This document shows positions 37,307-46,868 of a stretch of DNA of 64,000 bases, piece after piece. The first letter of the stretch is position 1. Every line of letters begins with the position of its first letter. Source of the DNA: a virus; the IMG/VR virus record IMGVR_UViG_3300035099_000047, positions 108,228 to 172,227 of that record. The stretch is one strand, 5' to 3'. A program made the position numbers and the translations under genes. A model generated the notes under the pieces. The model saw nothing but the letters and a program-made list of their open reading frames with translations. It was not told the origin of the DNA and made no database searches.

Positions 37307-38863
37307 CTAACAAGCCAATGTTACATTGTTGTTTACAGTACGGGGCCTCTCCAGTCTAGCACCCTTCATCATCAACACCGCTTGAGCATCGTCTGGAGTG
37401 CCTCGCTGACTACCGTGTCCTTCTGGCATCTTGAAGAAGCCATTATCTCCATAATCAGCTCCCCAGCTGTTGCGAAAGATTCCATACACCTTGCCGTTGC
37501 TATCAATGTCTACCCCCACCATTATGATTGCGTGTCCCCACCAATCAAAACTGACGGCACACGTGCCTCCCAGAAGATTGACGGTTACACACTCAGCAAA
37601 TATGTCCCCAGTGGAACCCAAATCCGCAATCACACTGGAGATCATGTGACGAGGGTAATCAGCTTTGACCTCGGGCTTGCTTGCATAAGACCGATTCAAG
37701 GCATTCTCAGGCCAATACTTGGTGCCTACAGCACCAGTTTGCTGGATGAATCGCACAGCATCCGCTGGCCAACCTCCCTCATTCTGGTAATTAGTCAGCG
37801 GGCCTCCAACACTCACAGCGCTCAACTCATAAATACCCATTCCCATGGTATACCATTGAGTTTGGGCTGAGTTCTTAGCACTGTGCACCCAGCAATATCC
37901 GAGACCGTTTTGGTCTGAGCATGGCACCTCACCATAGGTCAGGGGCATGACTCCTGCATTGGCCTTTTTCAACGCAGCTAACCGGGCAGGCCACTCTTTG
38001 CGGGGTATCACATCAACCCCAGCAGCCTTCAAAGTAACCATACCCGGGGCGGCACCATAGGGGTACTTTTTCTTGTCACGTGGTTTGGCTGTGAAGTATC
38101 TCCACTGACCGTTCACTAAAGCTTTCCTACCATCTCCCAAAAATTCCTTCCATTGTTCAGCAGTGAACACCGGAGGATTACAGACCGGGGCCTTGGGAAG
38201 CGTAAACGTTGCACCCGAGAAATCGGCCACCGCCTTCATAGCTGCAGCAGTGTCAGCAGGCAAATCCACCACCGATTGTTTATCCCCCAACTTCATTACC
38301 ATCACACACTTATCTGCCGGGGCGGCATCAAACATGGCCTTCCAATTGGCATCAGCTGCTCCAACCCCCACATTTTTGGTGAAGATACGCAGTTCAGCCT
38401 TGGCCGTATCCAAGTAATCTCGGAAAGTGCGGCTGGTGAGAATGGCTGCTTGGTCCGGCGTCAGCTGGCGGGTGCTACGCACGTCAGGCCCACTCAACAA
38501 CAACCTCAACCCCGTAACTGGCGGCGGAGGCGGCGGAGGCGGAGGCGGCGGGGGAGGAGGTGGAGGAGGGACTGGCTTCTTAACTGTCACTGTAGCACTC
38601 ACAGGGCCAGTTTGCCTGCGCTTACCCTTAACCACTAGGGTTTTAGTAGTGGTTGTTTGAACCACTTGAGTCACGCTACCAGAGGGATCCACTTGTTCAT
38701 TGTCCAAAAACGCCACGCCATTGGCTGTAACCCAAGACCATGTGGCTTTTCCTCCAGCAGCAACTTCAGCTGGATCCACTGAAAAGCTGAGGATCTTCGG
38801 TCGATTCCACGGCCACAATAACCCTACAGCCAACACAGACACCACCGAAACATAACGTCTCAT
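37307..38863 (-). CDS. Papain-family (C1) cysteine peptidase with signal anchor, Ig-like domain and poly-Pro linker
   Basis: DQNGLGYCW, EGGW, GHAI, RNSWGADYGDNG. Confidence 0.85.
   Translation of the reverse strand: MRRYVSVVSVLAVGLLWPWNRPKILSFSVDPAEVAAGGKATWSWVTANGVAFLDNEQVDPSGSVTQVVQTTTTKTLVVKGKRRQTGPVSATVTVKKPVPPPPPPPPPPPPPPPPPVTGLRLLLSGPDVRSTRQLTPDQAAILTSRTFRDYLDTAKAELRIFTKNVGVGAADANWKAMFDAAPADKCVMVMKLGDKQSVVDLPADTAAAMKAVADFSGATFTLPKAPVCNPPVFTAEQWKEFLGDGRKALVNGQWRYFTAKPRDKKKYPYGAAPGMVTLKAAGVDVIPRKEWPARLAALKKANAGVMPLTYGEVPCSDQNGLGYCWVHSAKNSAQTQWYTMGMGIYELSAVSVGGPLTNYQNEGGWPADAVRFIQQTGAVGTKYWPENALNRSYASKPEVKADYPRHMISSVIADLGSTGDIFAECVTVNLLGGTCAVSFDWWGHAIIMVGVDIDSNGKVYGIFRNSWGADYGDNGFFKMPEGHGSQRGTPDDAQAVLMMKGARLERPRTVNNNVTLAC
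38519..38569 (-). repeat. 17-proline tract
   Basis: 17 consecutive CCN codons with mixed third bases. Confidence 0.95.
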
Positions 38864-38875
38864 GGTTTCTTCTCC

Positions 38876-39388
38876 TTACTTAGTTAAAGTGGAATTGAAC
38901 TCAACCAAGGCCAACTGCCTCAGTTTACTAGCACTAATTTGCCAAGGCACCACATCCATGAAATGCTTATCCATTTGACAAGCTTCTACCACACTCTCTG
39001 AGCAGTATTCCTTACCCTCTACCTGCTTTCCAAACAAATATCCTCGCCAATTGTACCCATCGTTCAAATGACCTTCGTACCAACTGTGAACAACATCCTC
39101 ATGAGACTTCGTCAAGTGAGTTTCCACCCAGTCGTAATACTCTGGATGAGCCAAGCGGACAAACTGCACCCCTCCCCTCGGCAGGCTGGTACCACAACTG
39201 CCGTCCCCAAATCCACAAACCGAATGCACATACTTTTCTTTGCTCATGAATCCAAAAACAACTTGCTTAGTTTCTTCATGAGTCATTCCCTCTACAGTCA
39301 ACAACTCCTCCATTTGGTAGACAAACAGATTGGAATGCTTCTTGCGCAAAAAACCCAGCCGCAAGCCCATAACCTTCACCTTAACCAA
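38876..39388 (-). CDS. Permuted papain-like (NlpC/P60 YiiX-type) amidase-like protein
   Basis: YVHSV...GYNW...YCSE order. Confidence 0.55.
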   Translation of the reverse strand: MVKVKVMGLRLGFLRKKHSNLFVYQMEELLTVEGMTHEETKQVVFGFMSKEKYVHSVCGFGDGSCGTSLPRGGVQFVRLAHPEYYDWVETHLTKSHEDVVHSWYEGHLNDGYNWRGYLFGKQVEGKEYCSESVVEACQMDKHFMDVVPWQISASKLRQLALVEFNSTLTK

Positions 39389-39659
39389 ACAAACTCAGTA
39401 TGATAGGCAGCAGCACTATCATCAACTGAATCAGCAAGTCCAACGTTGCAGGGTCTATCTTCATAGAACCTGCGGTTGCTTGGACGTCAAAGCGGTTAGA
39501 AACCAACGTCGCCACAAAACTCTTAACAAATGCTGCATCCAACCCGCTGTCGTTGATAGCATCTTGACACTTATCAAGCACCCGTTCCAACTGCTCTCCT
39601 TTTTGGAGTCGATCAAACAACCTACCGAACAAATCCCGGGACTCTTCAATCTCACTCAT
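39381..39659 (-). CDS. Small protein with C-terminal membrane anchor
   Basis: Ends LLIQLMIVLLPIILSLFG. Confidence 0.6.
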   Translation of the reverse strand: MSEIEESRDLFGRLFDRLQKGEQLERVLDKCQDAINDSGLDAAFVKSFVATLVSNRFDVQATAGSMKIDPATLDLLIQLMIVLLPIILSLFG

Positions 39660-40318
39660 TCCAATTCTCCTATTTTGTAAGGGGTCCATAAGTATTCGGC
39701 CATCCTGTCGTCTGCAAATCCGCGAAACCTTGGCAATCCACTAGCCGGAAACACCAAATAATTCCACTCACTAAACGGTATCATGCCACTGGTTTTATAA
39801 GCCCAATAACCAGCTTCACTGCAAGTACGAGGCACTTCCTGCTTGTCATCCTGATTGGGTATGGGATCAATCACCTTGCCAGTGGCTATTGCTAACAGGT
39901 CATGAGTAATATGGCTTTCAGGATAGTCTTGACCACAAAAGTGATTCATCTGCCACCAGGCTTTATCAAAATCAATCGAGCCCATTTCTGGTCGCAATCG
40001 GTAGATGTCCACACAGCTCGTGGGTTGTCCATCCACCACCGAAGTCAAATTGCGCACTCGGAAGCGCAGAGAGGTCAAACGGCTATCTGGTGTATAGCTC
40101 TCCCCCAACATCAAGGAATCATAGTCGTGATTTTTATGGGCCAAATTCCAACCAAGCATGAAGAAATGACTGTAATCACTCTTTGTCCAATACTGCACAC
40201 TACCTCCAACGCTCAAGGCATCTTCCGAATGCTGCAAACCAAACCAACCGGTCTCAACCAGAGGCCTAAAATCCTCGTAAGATATCAACTTCAGTTCTTT
40301 TGGTCGCCGGCCTGTCAT
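39656..40318 (-). CDS. Permuted papain-like (NlpC/P60 YiiX-type) amidase-like protein
   Basis: YSHF...GQDY...TCSE order. Confidence 0.55.
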   Translation of the reverse strand: MTGRRPKELKLISYEDFRPLVETGWFGLQHSEDALSVGGSVQYWTKSDYSHFFMLGWNLAHKNHDYDSLMLGESYTPDSRLTSLRFRVRNLTSVVDGQPTSCVDIYRLRPEMGSIDFDKAWWQMNHFCGQDYPESHITHDLLAIATGKVIDPIPNQDDKQEVPRTCSEAGYWAYKTSGMIPFSEWNYLVFPASGLPRFRGFADDRMAEYLWTPYKIGELE

Positions 40319-40362
40319 TCACAAACTCCAATAAACAATCCCGCCTCCTTAAACGCCCATGT

Positions 40363-40797
40363 TCAACCATCCCCACCAACAAGCTTCTCAATCGCAGCCA
40401 AAGCAGCCCGGTAAGCTTGCTTTGGTTTCTTAAAATCCTTGGGGCGCAAGGTGACTGCCTTATCATCTACATAAGCACTGGCAGCTGGCTTGCCTGGACC
40501 AGAATGAATTTCATGATACTTGAGACCATGCGAGTCGAAGAACTTAGCCATGCGAGCTTTGCTAACTTCTGGATCACCATTCAGACTACTAGTACGAGTG
40601 GAATGCAAACATATATCTGCAATCTCACTCAACTCTCTAAGAAAGTCTGCAGCTCCTTCAAATGGTTCACCAAAGTGTTCTGAACCTTGCCAACCATCAT
40701 ATTGCAAAATAGTATCATCAACGTCGATACATACCCGTTTACGCTTGGGTTTGCCCGTGAGCATCAAAGCATTGACTGCATCGGAAAATTCACCCAT
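40363..40797 (-). CDS. HAD-superfamily hydrolase, variant tag
   Basis: CIDVDDTI, GKPAASAYVDDKA; N-terminus MGEFSDAVNAL. Confidence 0.75.
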   Translation of the reverse strand: MGEFSDAVNALMLTGKPKRKRVCIDVDDTILQYDGWQGSEHFGEPFEGAADFLRELSEIADICLHSTRTSSLNGDPEVSKARMAKFFDSHGLKYHEIHSGPGKPAASAYVDDKAVTLRPKDFKKPKQAYRAALAAIEKLVGGDG

Positions 40798-41293
40798 CTT
40801 GTGTCACCAACATTCCCACGCCTTCGTTAGTGTATATCTCCAAAAGAGTGGAGTGCTTAACGCTTCCATCAATCAAATGAACTTTGTCAACCAAACCCTG
40901 CTCCAACAATTGCATAGCCGGGGCCAATCGGGAAGCCAAATCACTATTTATCTGGTGAGAATCCACCATAACCTTGAATTCATTCAAACTCATTGATCCG
41001 AACCCTATTGGATCGAGTGTACCCAACAACACCACCAACTTGTCAAGGTGCAACCCCTCTACCACCCGCTTCAAGTACCTTTGACATTCCCCCCGAATCA
41101 ATGTGGTCTTGACTCCCAACATCTCCAGCATCATGATGTCTTGCATCAAGGTGCTGGACCCTTCACCTTCTTCGGTCAGGCTTTCATCCACTATAACCCC
41201 CAAATGGGAGCCTCGGTGAGTGCGAATCCAATACAAGCTTTCAATCAGAATGTCAGCTTTAAGCTGTGCATCGCTGATTTCTGCTATCTCCAT
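40790..41293 (-). CDS. Truncated/degenerate acetylglutamate kinase (ArgB)-like protein
   Basis: KADILIESLYWIR at the N-terminus and VDKVHLIDGSVKHSTLLEIYTNEGVG at the C-terminus; KxGG and HGGG motifs absent. Confidence 0.65.
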   Translation of the reverse strand: MEIAEISDAQLKADILIESLYWIRTHRGSHLGVIVDESLTEEGEGSSTLMQDIMMLEMLGVKTTLIRGECQRYLKRVVEGLHLDKLVVLLGTLDPIGFGSMSLNEFKVMVDSHQINSDLASRLAPAMQLLEQGLVDKVHLIDGSVKHSTLLEIYTNEGVGMLVTQDG

Positions 41294-41865
41294 ATTTCAT
41301 CCAATAAGTCATTGATCAAACTGATTTGGTGCTTGTTGAAATGCCACCGCTTGTTTATGTTCTTATCAGCCCAATCATAAGGATCAGTGCCTCTTTCTTC
41401 TGCCACTGCACACCAATCACAAACCATTTCTGCAATGTCCAAGTCAGGCATGGCCGTTGCATCCACCATCCTACTGGGCTTGTCTCGATCTGTTTTACTA
41501 ATACCAGTTTCTCCCGCAAAGAACTCAGCATGATGGCGGTTGTGAAGCACGTGATGGTCAGTGGCTTGGCGCATCTGCTCTTCCATATCTTCATCAGGCT
41601 CGTACGGTTTGCCCAACCTCTTCATACGATACTGCCAGGTTATATGGATGTATGGGGTCCTTTCGGGCTCTTCAAACTTGCTTCGGTCATGAATACGGGA
41701 TCGTTCCAAAATGCCAGCAAATCGTTCCGGGTCATATTCATACACCCGATGGCAATACTTACGCACTCGCTCAATGTGCTCGCGAGTGCGATGTTCAAAC
41801 CAATCTTCCATTTCCTTGGAAACTTCCTCAACCAGCAGATTCACCATTTGTTCAAACCCCATCAT
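41284..41865 (-). CDS. HD-like metal-dependent hydrolase (DUF5662-like), tagged
   Basis: H...V, HDRSK, HH...NRHH.E, EMVCDW; N-terminus MGFEQMVNLLVE. Confidence 0.65.
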   Translation of the reverse strand: MMGFEQMVNLLVEEVSKEMEDWFEHRTREHIERVRKYCHRVYEYDPERFAGILERSRIHDRSKFEEPERTPYIHITWQYRMKRLGKPYEPDEDMEEQMRQATDHHVLHNRHHAEFFAGETGISKTDRDKPSRMVDATAMPDLDIAEMVCDWCAVAEERGTDPYDWADKNINKRWHFNKHQISLINDLLDEIWR

Positions 41866-42275
41866 TTCAACCCTACCAAATAATCTGCAAACACTTCATT
41901 GCACAAAGCTCCTGGCCTGCGTTCACGAATGTAATCAATTAGGGCTTGACCTTTTGCTATTCCCAATTTGAACAAAATCACACCTGAGACCAAAGACGCT
42001 CGATTTATCCCAACAGCACAATGAACCAACACTTTTTTATTTCCATTAACCAAACCCATACCCAAATTGCCTACCGCCTGGAGCATCACCAAATTGGGCA
42101 ACTCATCATGATCTTCAATTGGCCAAAACAAATAACCTTGCCAATCACCTGCACCCGTGTCGATACCTCCCTCCAAATCTATTATTAAATCCAACTTTAG
42201 ATCATTCACACGTTGTGGTTCATCTATTGCAGATGACTGCCACAAGTGACCTAGCACCATCTCAAAAACTTCCAT
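41862..42275 (-). CDS. Dual-specificity/tyrosine phosphatase, variant tag
   Basis: WPIED and VLVHCAVGINRA (CX5R). Confidence 0.85.
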   Translation of the reverse strand: MEVFEMVLGHLWQSSAIDEPQRVNDLKLDLIIDLEGGIDTGAGDWQGYLFWPIEDHDELPNLVMLQAVGNLGMGLVNGNKKVLVHCAVGINRASLVSGVILFKLGIAKGQALIDYIRERRPGALCNEVFADYLVGLK

Positions 42276-42550
42276 TAAACCACCATTTCGTATGGCGAAA
42301 ATGAATCGACAGCTCTCATCTTCTGAGCACTTTTAATAGCTTGAATGCGGCTCCTGTATAGACGAGCATGCTCCTTCTTGAACGTGACTCCAAACCGACC
42401 AGGCTCTTCATCACCAGCAGCACTTACATAGCGATATGGTTCATCTGCTGACCTCAAAACCCACACCTTGCTCTTAATCTGGTCGAGATCCTGCTCGTCT
42501 TCCATTCCTTGCTCAACCAGTTGATTTACTGCTTGCTCAAATTGTCCCAT
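42275..42550 (-). CDS. Hypothetical protein, tagged
   Basis: MGQFEQAVNQLVE. Confidence 0.65.
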   Translation of the reverse strand: MGQFEQAVNQLVEQGMEDEQDLDQIKSKVWVLRSADEPYRYVSAAGDEEPGRFGVTFKKEHARLYRSRIQAIKSAQKMRAVDSFSPYEMVV

Positions 42551-42562
42551 GATTGTCCCCCT

Positions 42563-43924
42563 TCAAAAGGGAATTCCCACCTTTTCCCCTTGCTTAATTT
42601 GTTCATCCGCCTTCTCAAATGCGTCCAAATCCCAATACACTTCATCACCCGAATCCAACTTCTCTGCAGCATTGAGGGCCATTGCTTGGGCGCTTTTGAT
42701 TAATGGTCCCCAACCAACAGCTCCACCTACAATAGTTTCCTGTTCGCCTGGCAAGGGCAAATAATAGTATTGGTGATCCAAGCAGGCAAGATTACGAAAC
42801 TTCAAGTTGCGGGTCAAATCAGGTGGAAAATCCAAAGGCAACGGATCGGTGACAGTTTCACGAGCCTTGAGCACCAATTGGGCCCAATAAGTAGCCCTCG
42901 GGCGAGGTTCCAATTCCTCCCCTTCAGCCACAGCCATCATCAATGGACCCATATTCAAATAAGCTTCGCTTAGCACTTCGCCTGGAGGTGAACCAAAGCG
43001 CATGCACGGATCTATGAAATATCTCTTGGAACCATCTTTGCTCACCCGCAGTTCAATACTCAATGCACCACGCACCAGGTAATGATGATACACAGGTAAG
43101 AACTTGTCCATCACCACTTTCAGTGCCTTGGGTACCTCGTCCAAATCACAAACCAACCCACAATAGGCCGAATTTTTGATCTCGTACCCATACATCCCTC
43201 GGGGCAAATAACCAGTCTTGGTAAAGAACCACTCACAGCCTATTTCAACCGAACTCTCTAATGGATCTTCAACAATGAATTCCACCGATTTATCCAACAC
43301 CCCCAGGGTATGAGCCATTTTGTTTAGTTGAGCCTTGGAGTGCTTGTAATTTTTATGGTAAAACGTTTCACACACTCCACGATACTTGGAAATCTTGATG
43401 TATTTGTCTGTTGAGCGTTCCAATTCCTTTCGCAAAGCATCAATTCCCACCACCACTTTATAAGGAGGCACAGGCAAGCCCACCTGCTTGAGCACTCGAC
43501 GTAACATGGACCGATCAAATTCCAACACCTCACCCTTGCTGGTACCAAACACGTTGAAACCCCGGCTGCGCAGGTCTTCTTGGAGATCTGAGTGCCCCAC
43601 ATCCGGAAAGACCACCAAATCGGGCTTGTACTGGTTCAGCGTGTCCCAAAAGCTGGAAACCTTGGTCACTCCAGGTACACCAGAACCCAAGTGATCCATC
43701 ACAGGTACTGGCAATGACCCCTCCCACGGGTGAAAATAATAGACATCATCAAAGTGCTCAGCCAATCGCTGAGCTATGTACAAAAACATCCCGTAATCAT
43801 AAAGCAATACACTCTTACCTGTGCGAGCATGCCTTTTGAAAGAACGAGCAGGCCGGTCCTGTTCTTCAGGTTCCGGTGCTTGTTCGTCTAACAATTGATC
43901 AACTGCTATGGAGAACGTATCCAA
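42563..43924 (-). CDS. ATP-grasp ligase (PurD-like phage family), tagged
   Basis: VFG...LEFDR...GLPVP...YIK...FIVE...IDPCMRFGSPP; start (L)DTFSIAVDQLLDE. Confidence 0.7.
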   Translation of the reverse strand: MDTFSIAVDQLLDEQAPEPEEQDRPARSFKRHARTGKSVLLYDYGMFLYIAQRLAEHFDDVYYFHPWEGSLPVPVMDHLGSGVPGVTKVSSFWDTLNQYKPDLVVFPDVGHSDLQEDLRSRGFNVFGTSKGEVLEFDRSMLRRVLKQVGLPVPPYKVVVGIDALRKELERSTDKYIKISKYRGVCETFYHKNYKHSKAQLNKMAHTLGVLDKSVEFIVEDPLESSVEIGCEWFFTKTGYLPRGMYGYEIKNSAYCGLVCDLDEVPKALKVVMDKFLPVYHHYLVRGALSIELRVSKDGSKRYFIDPCMRFGSPPGEVLSEAYLNMGPLMMAVAEGEELEPRPRATYWAQLVLKARETVTDPLPLDFPPDLTRNLKFRNLACLDHQYYYLPLPGEQETIVGGAVGWGPLIKSAQAMALNAAEKLDSGDEVYWDLDAFEKADEQIKQGEKVGIPF

Positions 43925-43928
43925 GGAA

Positions 43929-45113
43929 TTATGCCTTTGCAAAGGGCATTACGCGGTTCAACCGGCCAACTTGATGAGCAGCAACGAGCAGTTCATCAGA
44001 GGTTGGGTCCGTCCCCGCGCGAGTCGCCCTTGATTCCCCAAGGGCGCGAGCGAGAATCACCTGCGCTGCTGCATGGTCACGCTCACACTCGCAACCACAC
44101 TCGCAAGAGTGCCACCGCTCGGATAGTTCTTTCGGCTTGACTCGACCGCAATTTGGGCAGGTCTGTGAAGTGCCATGGGGATCGACTGCAACAGCCGACC
44201 GCCCGGCCCATTCTGCCTTGACGGAAAGTTGATTGCAGAAGGTTCCCCATGCAGCATCAAGGATGGACTTAGCAAAGCGCGTTCGAGCCAATCCCTTGAT
44301 GTTCAAGTTCTCATAAGCAATCAGGTCATACTTTTGGACAAGAATACTCGTATGTTCATGGCAGAAGCATCTCCGTTGGGCAGCTATACGCTCATGTTGC
44401 CTCTGAAGGGCCTTGACCGCCTTGCGGCGTCGTTTGCTTCCCTTTTGCCTCCTTGATACCCGCCGCTGCAAGGCCCGCAGCTTGTGCGCTGATCTCTGGC
44501 CCCATCGTGGGTTATCAATGAAAGTGCCGTCACTGAGGGCTGCAAAGTGAGTCAATCCCAAATCAATTCCAATAGCTAACTTGACAGGCCGCATGGTAGG
44601 GGGTTGCTGTCCATCGTCTAAAACGATCTGGGCATACCAGCCACTTGCCCGGCGGATGATTCGCAACACCCGCTGTTGCCCTTCAGGCAAAAGCCGGCCA
44701 CGGCAGCGGATGCGCCCCATGTTGGGAACGCGGATGCGGTCGCCAACCAGATAGTTTCCAACAGCTGCATATTCCAACGAGTTGTAACGATGCCGTGATC
44801 GGAAACGGGGGAATCCTGGCCTCTCCCCAGTTTTCAAGCGTCGGAAAAATGCCTTCATGCCCAAGTCTACCCGTCGCACCGCATCCCGCAGAAAGCCAAG
44901 CGGCACGGCTCGAATCCAATCCATCCGCCCACGCCACTCAGTCAAGAAAGTGTATTGATTGTAAAGACTGACCTGCTCCCCTCGCCGCTTGTATGCTTTG
45001 ATCCGCATCTCCAAGGCTTTGTTGTAAACCCAACAACACACCCCAAGCCAACGGTCCAAAACTTGAACTTGGCTTTTGTTGGGATACAGCTTGTACTCAA
45101 AAGTGCGAATCAT
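43929..45113 (-). mobile_element. tnpB: IS200/IS605-family RNA-guided endonuclease TnpB without adjacent TnpA
   Basis: FEYKLYP HTH start; RuvC GIDLG / YENLNI / RDHAAA; zinc finger TSQTCPNCG...CECG. Confidence 0.92.
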
Positions 45114-45119
45114 ACTGCT

Positions 45120-45608
45120 CTAGTATTCTTTCACCGATTTCGCAACATCATAACGATGCAACGCTTCTTCACCCTTTTTAGTGATTTGATACACATACCG
45201 ACCAGGGGGACCAAAACGAGTTATCCAACCCAATGGCCTAACCACTCGGATCCGTCTCCCAAGAAGCCCAACCCGAGTTCCAGCCCGTGATTTATACTCA
45301 GGATCATACCAATCACCAAGCCTGAGCAAGGATCCAGAAAGGGTTAAGTCGGACCTCCTCGCCTGCTCCCTCTTGTATCCATAAGGTCCTGAACACGCAG
45401 GAAATTCAGGATATTTACGGCGAATCTTTTCACATCTACGGCGCATCTCTTCCCAAACAGCCCTGTGATAAGCCCGGCGCAGTTCGTCCCAAGTACACCC
45501 TTTCAAAGCCACCCGTAACAATGCGGCTTGGTAGTCCGTAGGAAATGGGTCCATGCGGGAACCTTCAAGCAGTTGGTCTACCAACTGTTGGATCACAGGG
45601 ACGCTCAC
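45120..45608 (-). CDS. Family A protein with insertions, tagged
   Basis: IQQLVDQLLE; LLRVALKGC; YQITKKGEEALHRY. Confidence 0.65.
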   Translation of the reverse strand: MSVPVIQQLVDQLLEGSRMDPFPTDYQAALLRVALKGCTWDELRRAYHRAVWEEMRRRCEKIRRKYPEFPACSGPYGYKREQARRSDLTLSGSLLRLGDWYDPEYKSRAGTRVGLLGRRIRVVRPLGWITRFGPPGRYVYQITKKGEEALHRYDVAKSVKEY

Positions 45609-45645
45609 GTTTAACCCACCTAGCTGGCCGTTTAACAAGCGATAG

Positions 45646-46062
45646 TTACCCAGTCGGAGCTTTACTACCTACCTCCAACAAATCAGCGGGAACGGCTTGT
45701 ACAGCATATAGCCAAGGGTGATTGGGTAACCATTCAGCTGTGTTAGTAATACGGTACTGACCTGGGCCTAACTCTTCAACCATACTCACATGCATCGAAT
45801 CCCCCCGCTGCCATCCTAGCAAGTAAACCACCTTTTTAGCTCCTCCAGCAGTCTGTTCAACTCGATGGCGGTATAGAACCCTCATGCCAGGCTTGTAAAA
45901 CTGGGTCAATATGGCCTTGCCTTGCTCATCAACCAAATCAATTAAACTCAATCGACTACGATCAATTTCCTCTGAAGAACGCTCTACACCGGTGAATGGA
46001 TCAAATTGGTGAAACACAGTGTTGTCTGTGTACTCTGCCATCCAACGAAGTTCCATAATCAT
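45646..46062 (-). CDS. Hypothetical protein
   Basis: 138 aa; GGAG RBS. Confidence 0.6.
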   Translation of the reverse strand: MIMELRWMAEYTDNTVFHQFDPFTGVERSSEEIDRSRLSLIDLVDEQGKAILTQFYKPGMRVLYRHRVEQTAGGAKKVVYLLGWQRGDSMHVSMVEELGPGQYRITNTAEWLPNHPWLYAVQAVPADLLEVGSKAPTG

Positions 46063-46086
46063 TCTCCGGTTTATATCATTAACAGG

Positions 46087-46653
46087 TTAGGTTTCATCAT
46101 ATTTCCAGGTTAGCGTTTCTCCAGGCGTGGCTCCAGGACTCGCTGTCGCACCTACAACCACTTGATAAACAACCAGATTCCCAAAATCTCCGGTATTTGG
46201 ACCTTTAATCTCCCCATCCACGCTCATAGGGGACGCACTCGTGAAACTAAAAGCGTCTTTCACGTAAACACCACTACCCAAGTCAATCAATCCGGCGTGG
46301 TTAGCATGGGACAACTCAGTACCAGTCACCCCTGGTGTACCAGTGGCCTGAACATAGCTACTCGCCTGACCCACCACACAACTCACTCCAGTACCAAACG
46401 AGTTGACACCATCGGTATACCAGCGGATATTGTTGATAGTACCCGACGGTGGGTAACCAGTAACCACATACAATCTGGTCGTTACCCAATAGCTGTAATT
46501 GGAGCCAGAAGATGGAATCTGAATGGGATTGGTGGTACCCATTTCACTGTGGGCATCTTCTGCATTGGCTCGGGTGTTTTTACCCGTGATGTCTGTGTAG
46601 CTAGGGGTCGTTCCCGTCCAGCGACGAATTTGAACTGTAGCTGACATTGGCAA
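46087..46653 (-). CDS. Putative structural protein
   Basis: T/G/S-rich beta protein ending WKYDET; AAAGGAG RBS. Confidence 0.55.
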   Translation of the reverse strand: MPMSATVQIRRWTGTTPSYTDITGKNTRANAEDAHSEMGTTNPIQIPSSGSNYSYWVTTRLYVVTGYPPSGTINNIRWYTDGVNSFGTGVSCVVGQASSYVQATGTPGVTGTELSHANHAGLIDLGSGVYVKDAFSFTSASPMSVDGEIKGPNTGDFGNLVVYQVVVGATASPGATPGETLTWKYDET

Positions 46654-46706
46654 TCTCCTTTATGGGTTTTGTCCGGTTTCTACTTGAGCAACGAAGTCAA
46701 TTTCAA

Positions 46707-46868
46707 TTACCCTTCCATTTCAGAATCCAAGTCCAAGGTTTCCGTTACATCGGAAGTCAATTTCAAAACATCCAATATCTCAGAATCCAAGAGGAGTTTT
46801 ACAACTCCAATTATTGGACCTTTTTCCGCAAACGGTGGCCATAGGTTGACAATTCTCACCAGCTTCAT
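46707..46868 (-). CDS. 53-aa ORF with LxLxS repeats (not in the ORF track)
   Basis: MKLVRIVNLWPP...LLDSEILDVLKLTSDVTETLDLDSEMEG*; ATGA-coupled to the upstream gene. Confidence 0.45.
   Translation of the reverse strand: MKLVRIVNLWPPFAEKGPIIGVVKLLLDSEILDVLKLTSDVTETLDLDSEMEG

Noticed and set aside
43929-45113. Complete IS605 element or Cas12 system
   Set aside because: No tnpA, cas genes or CRISPR array is adjacent.
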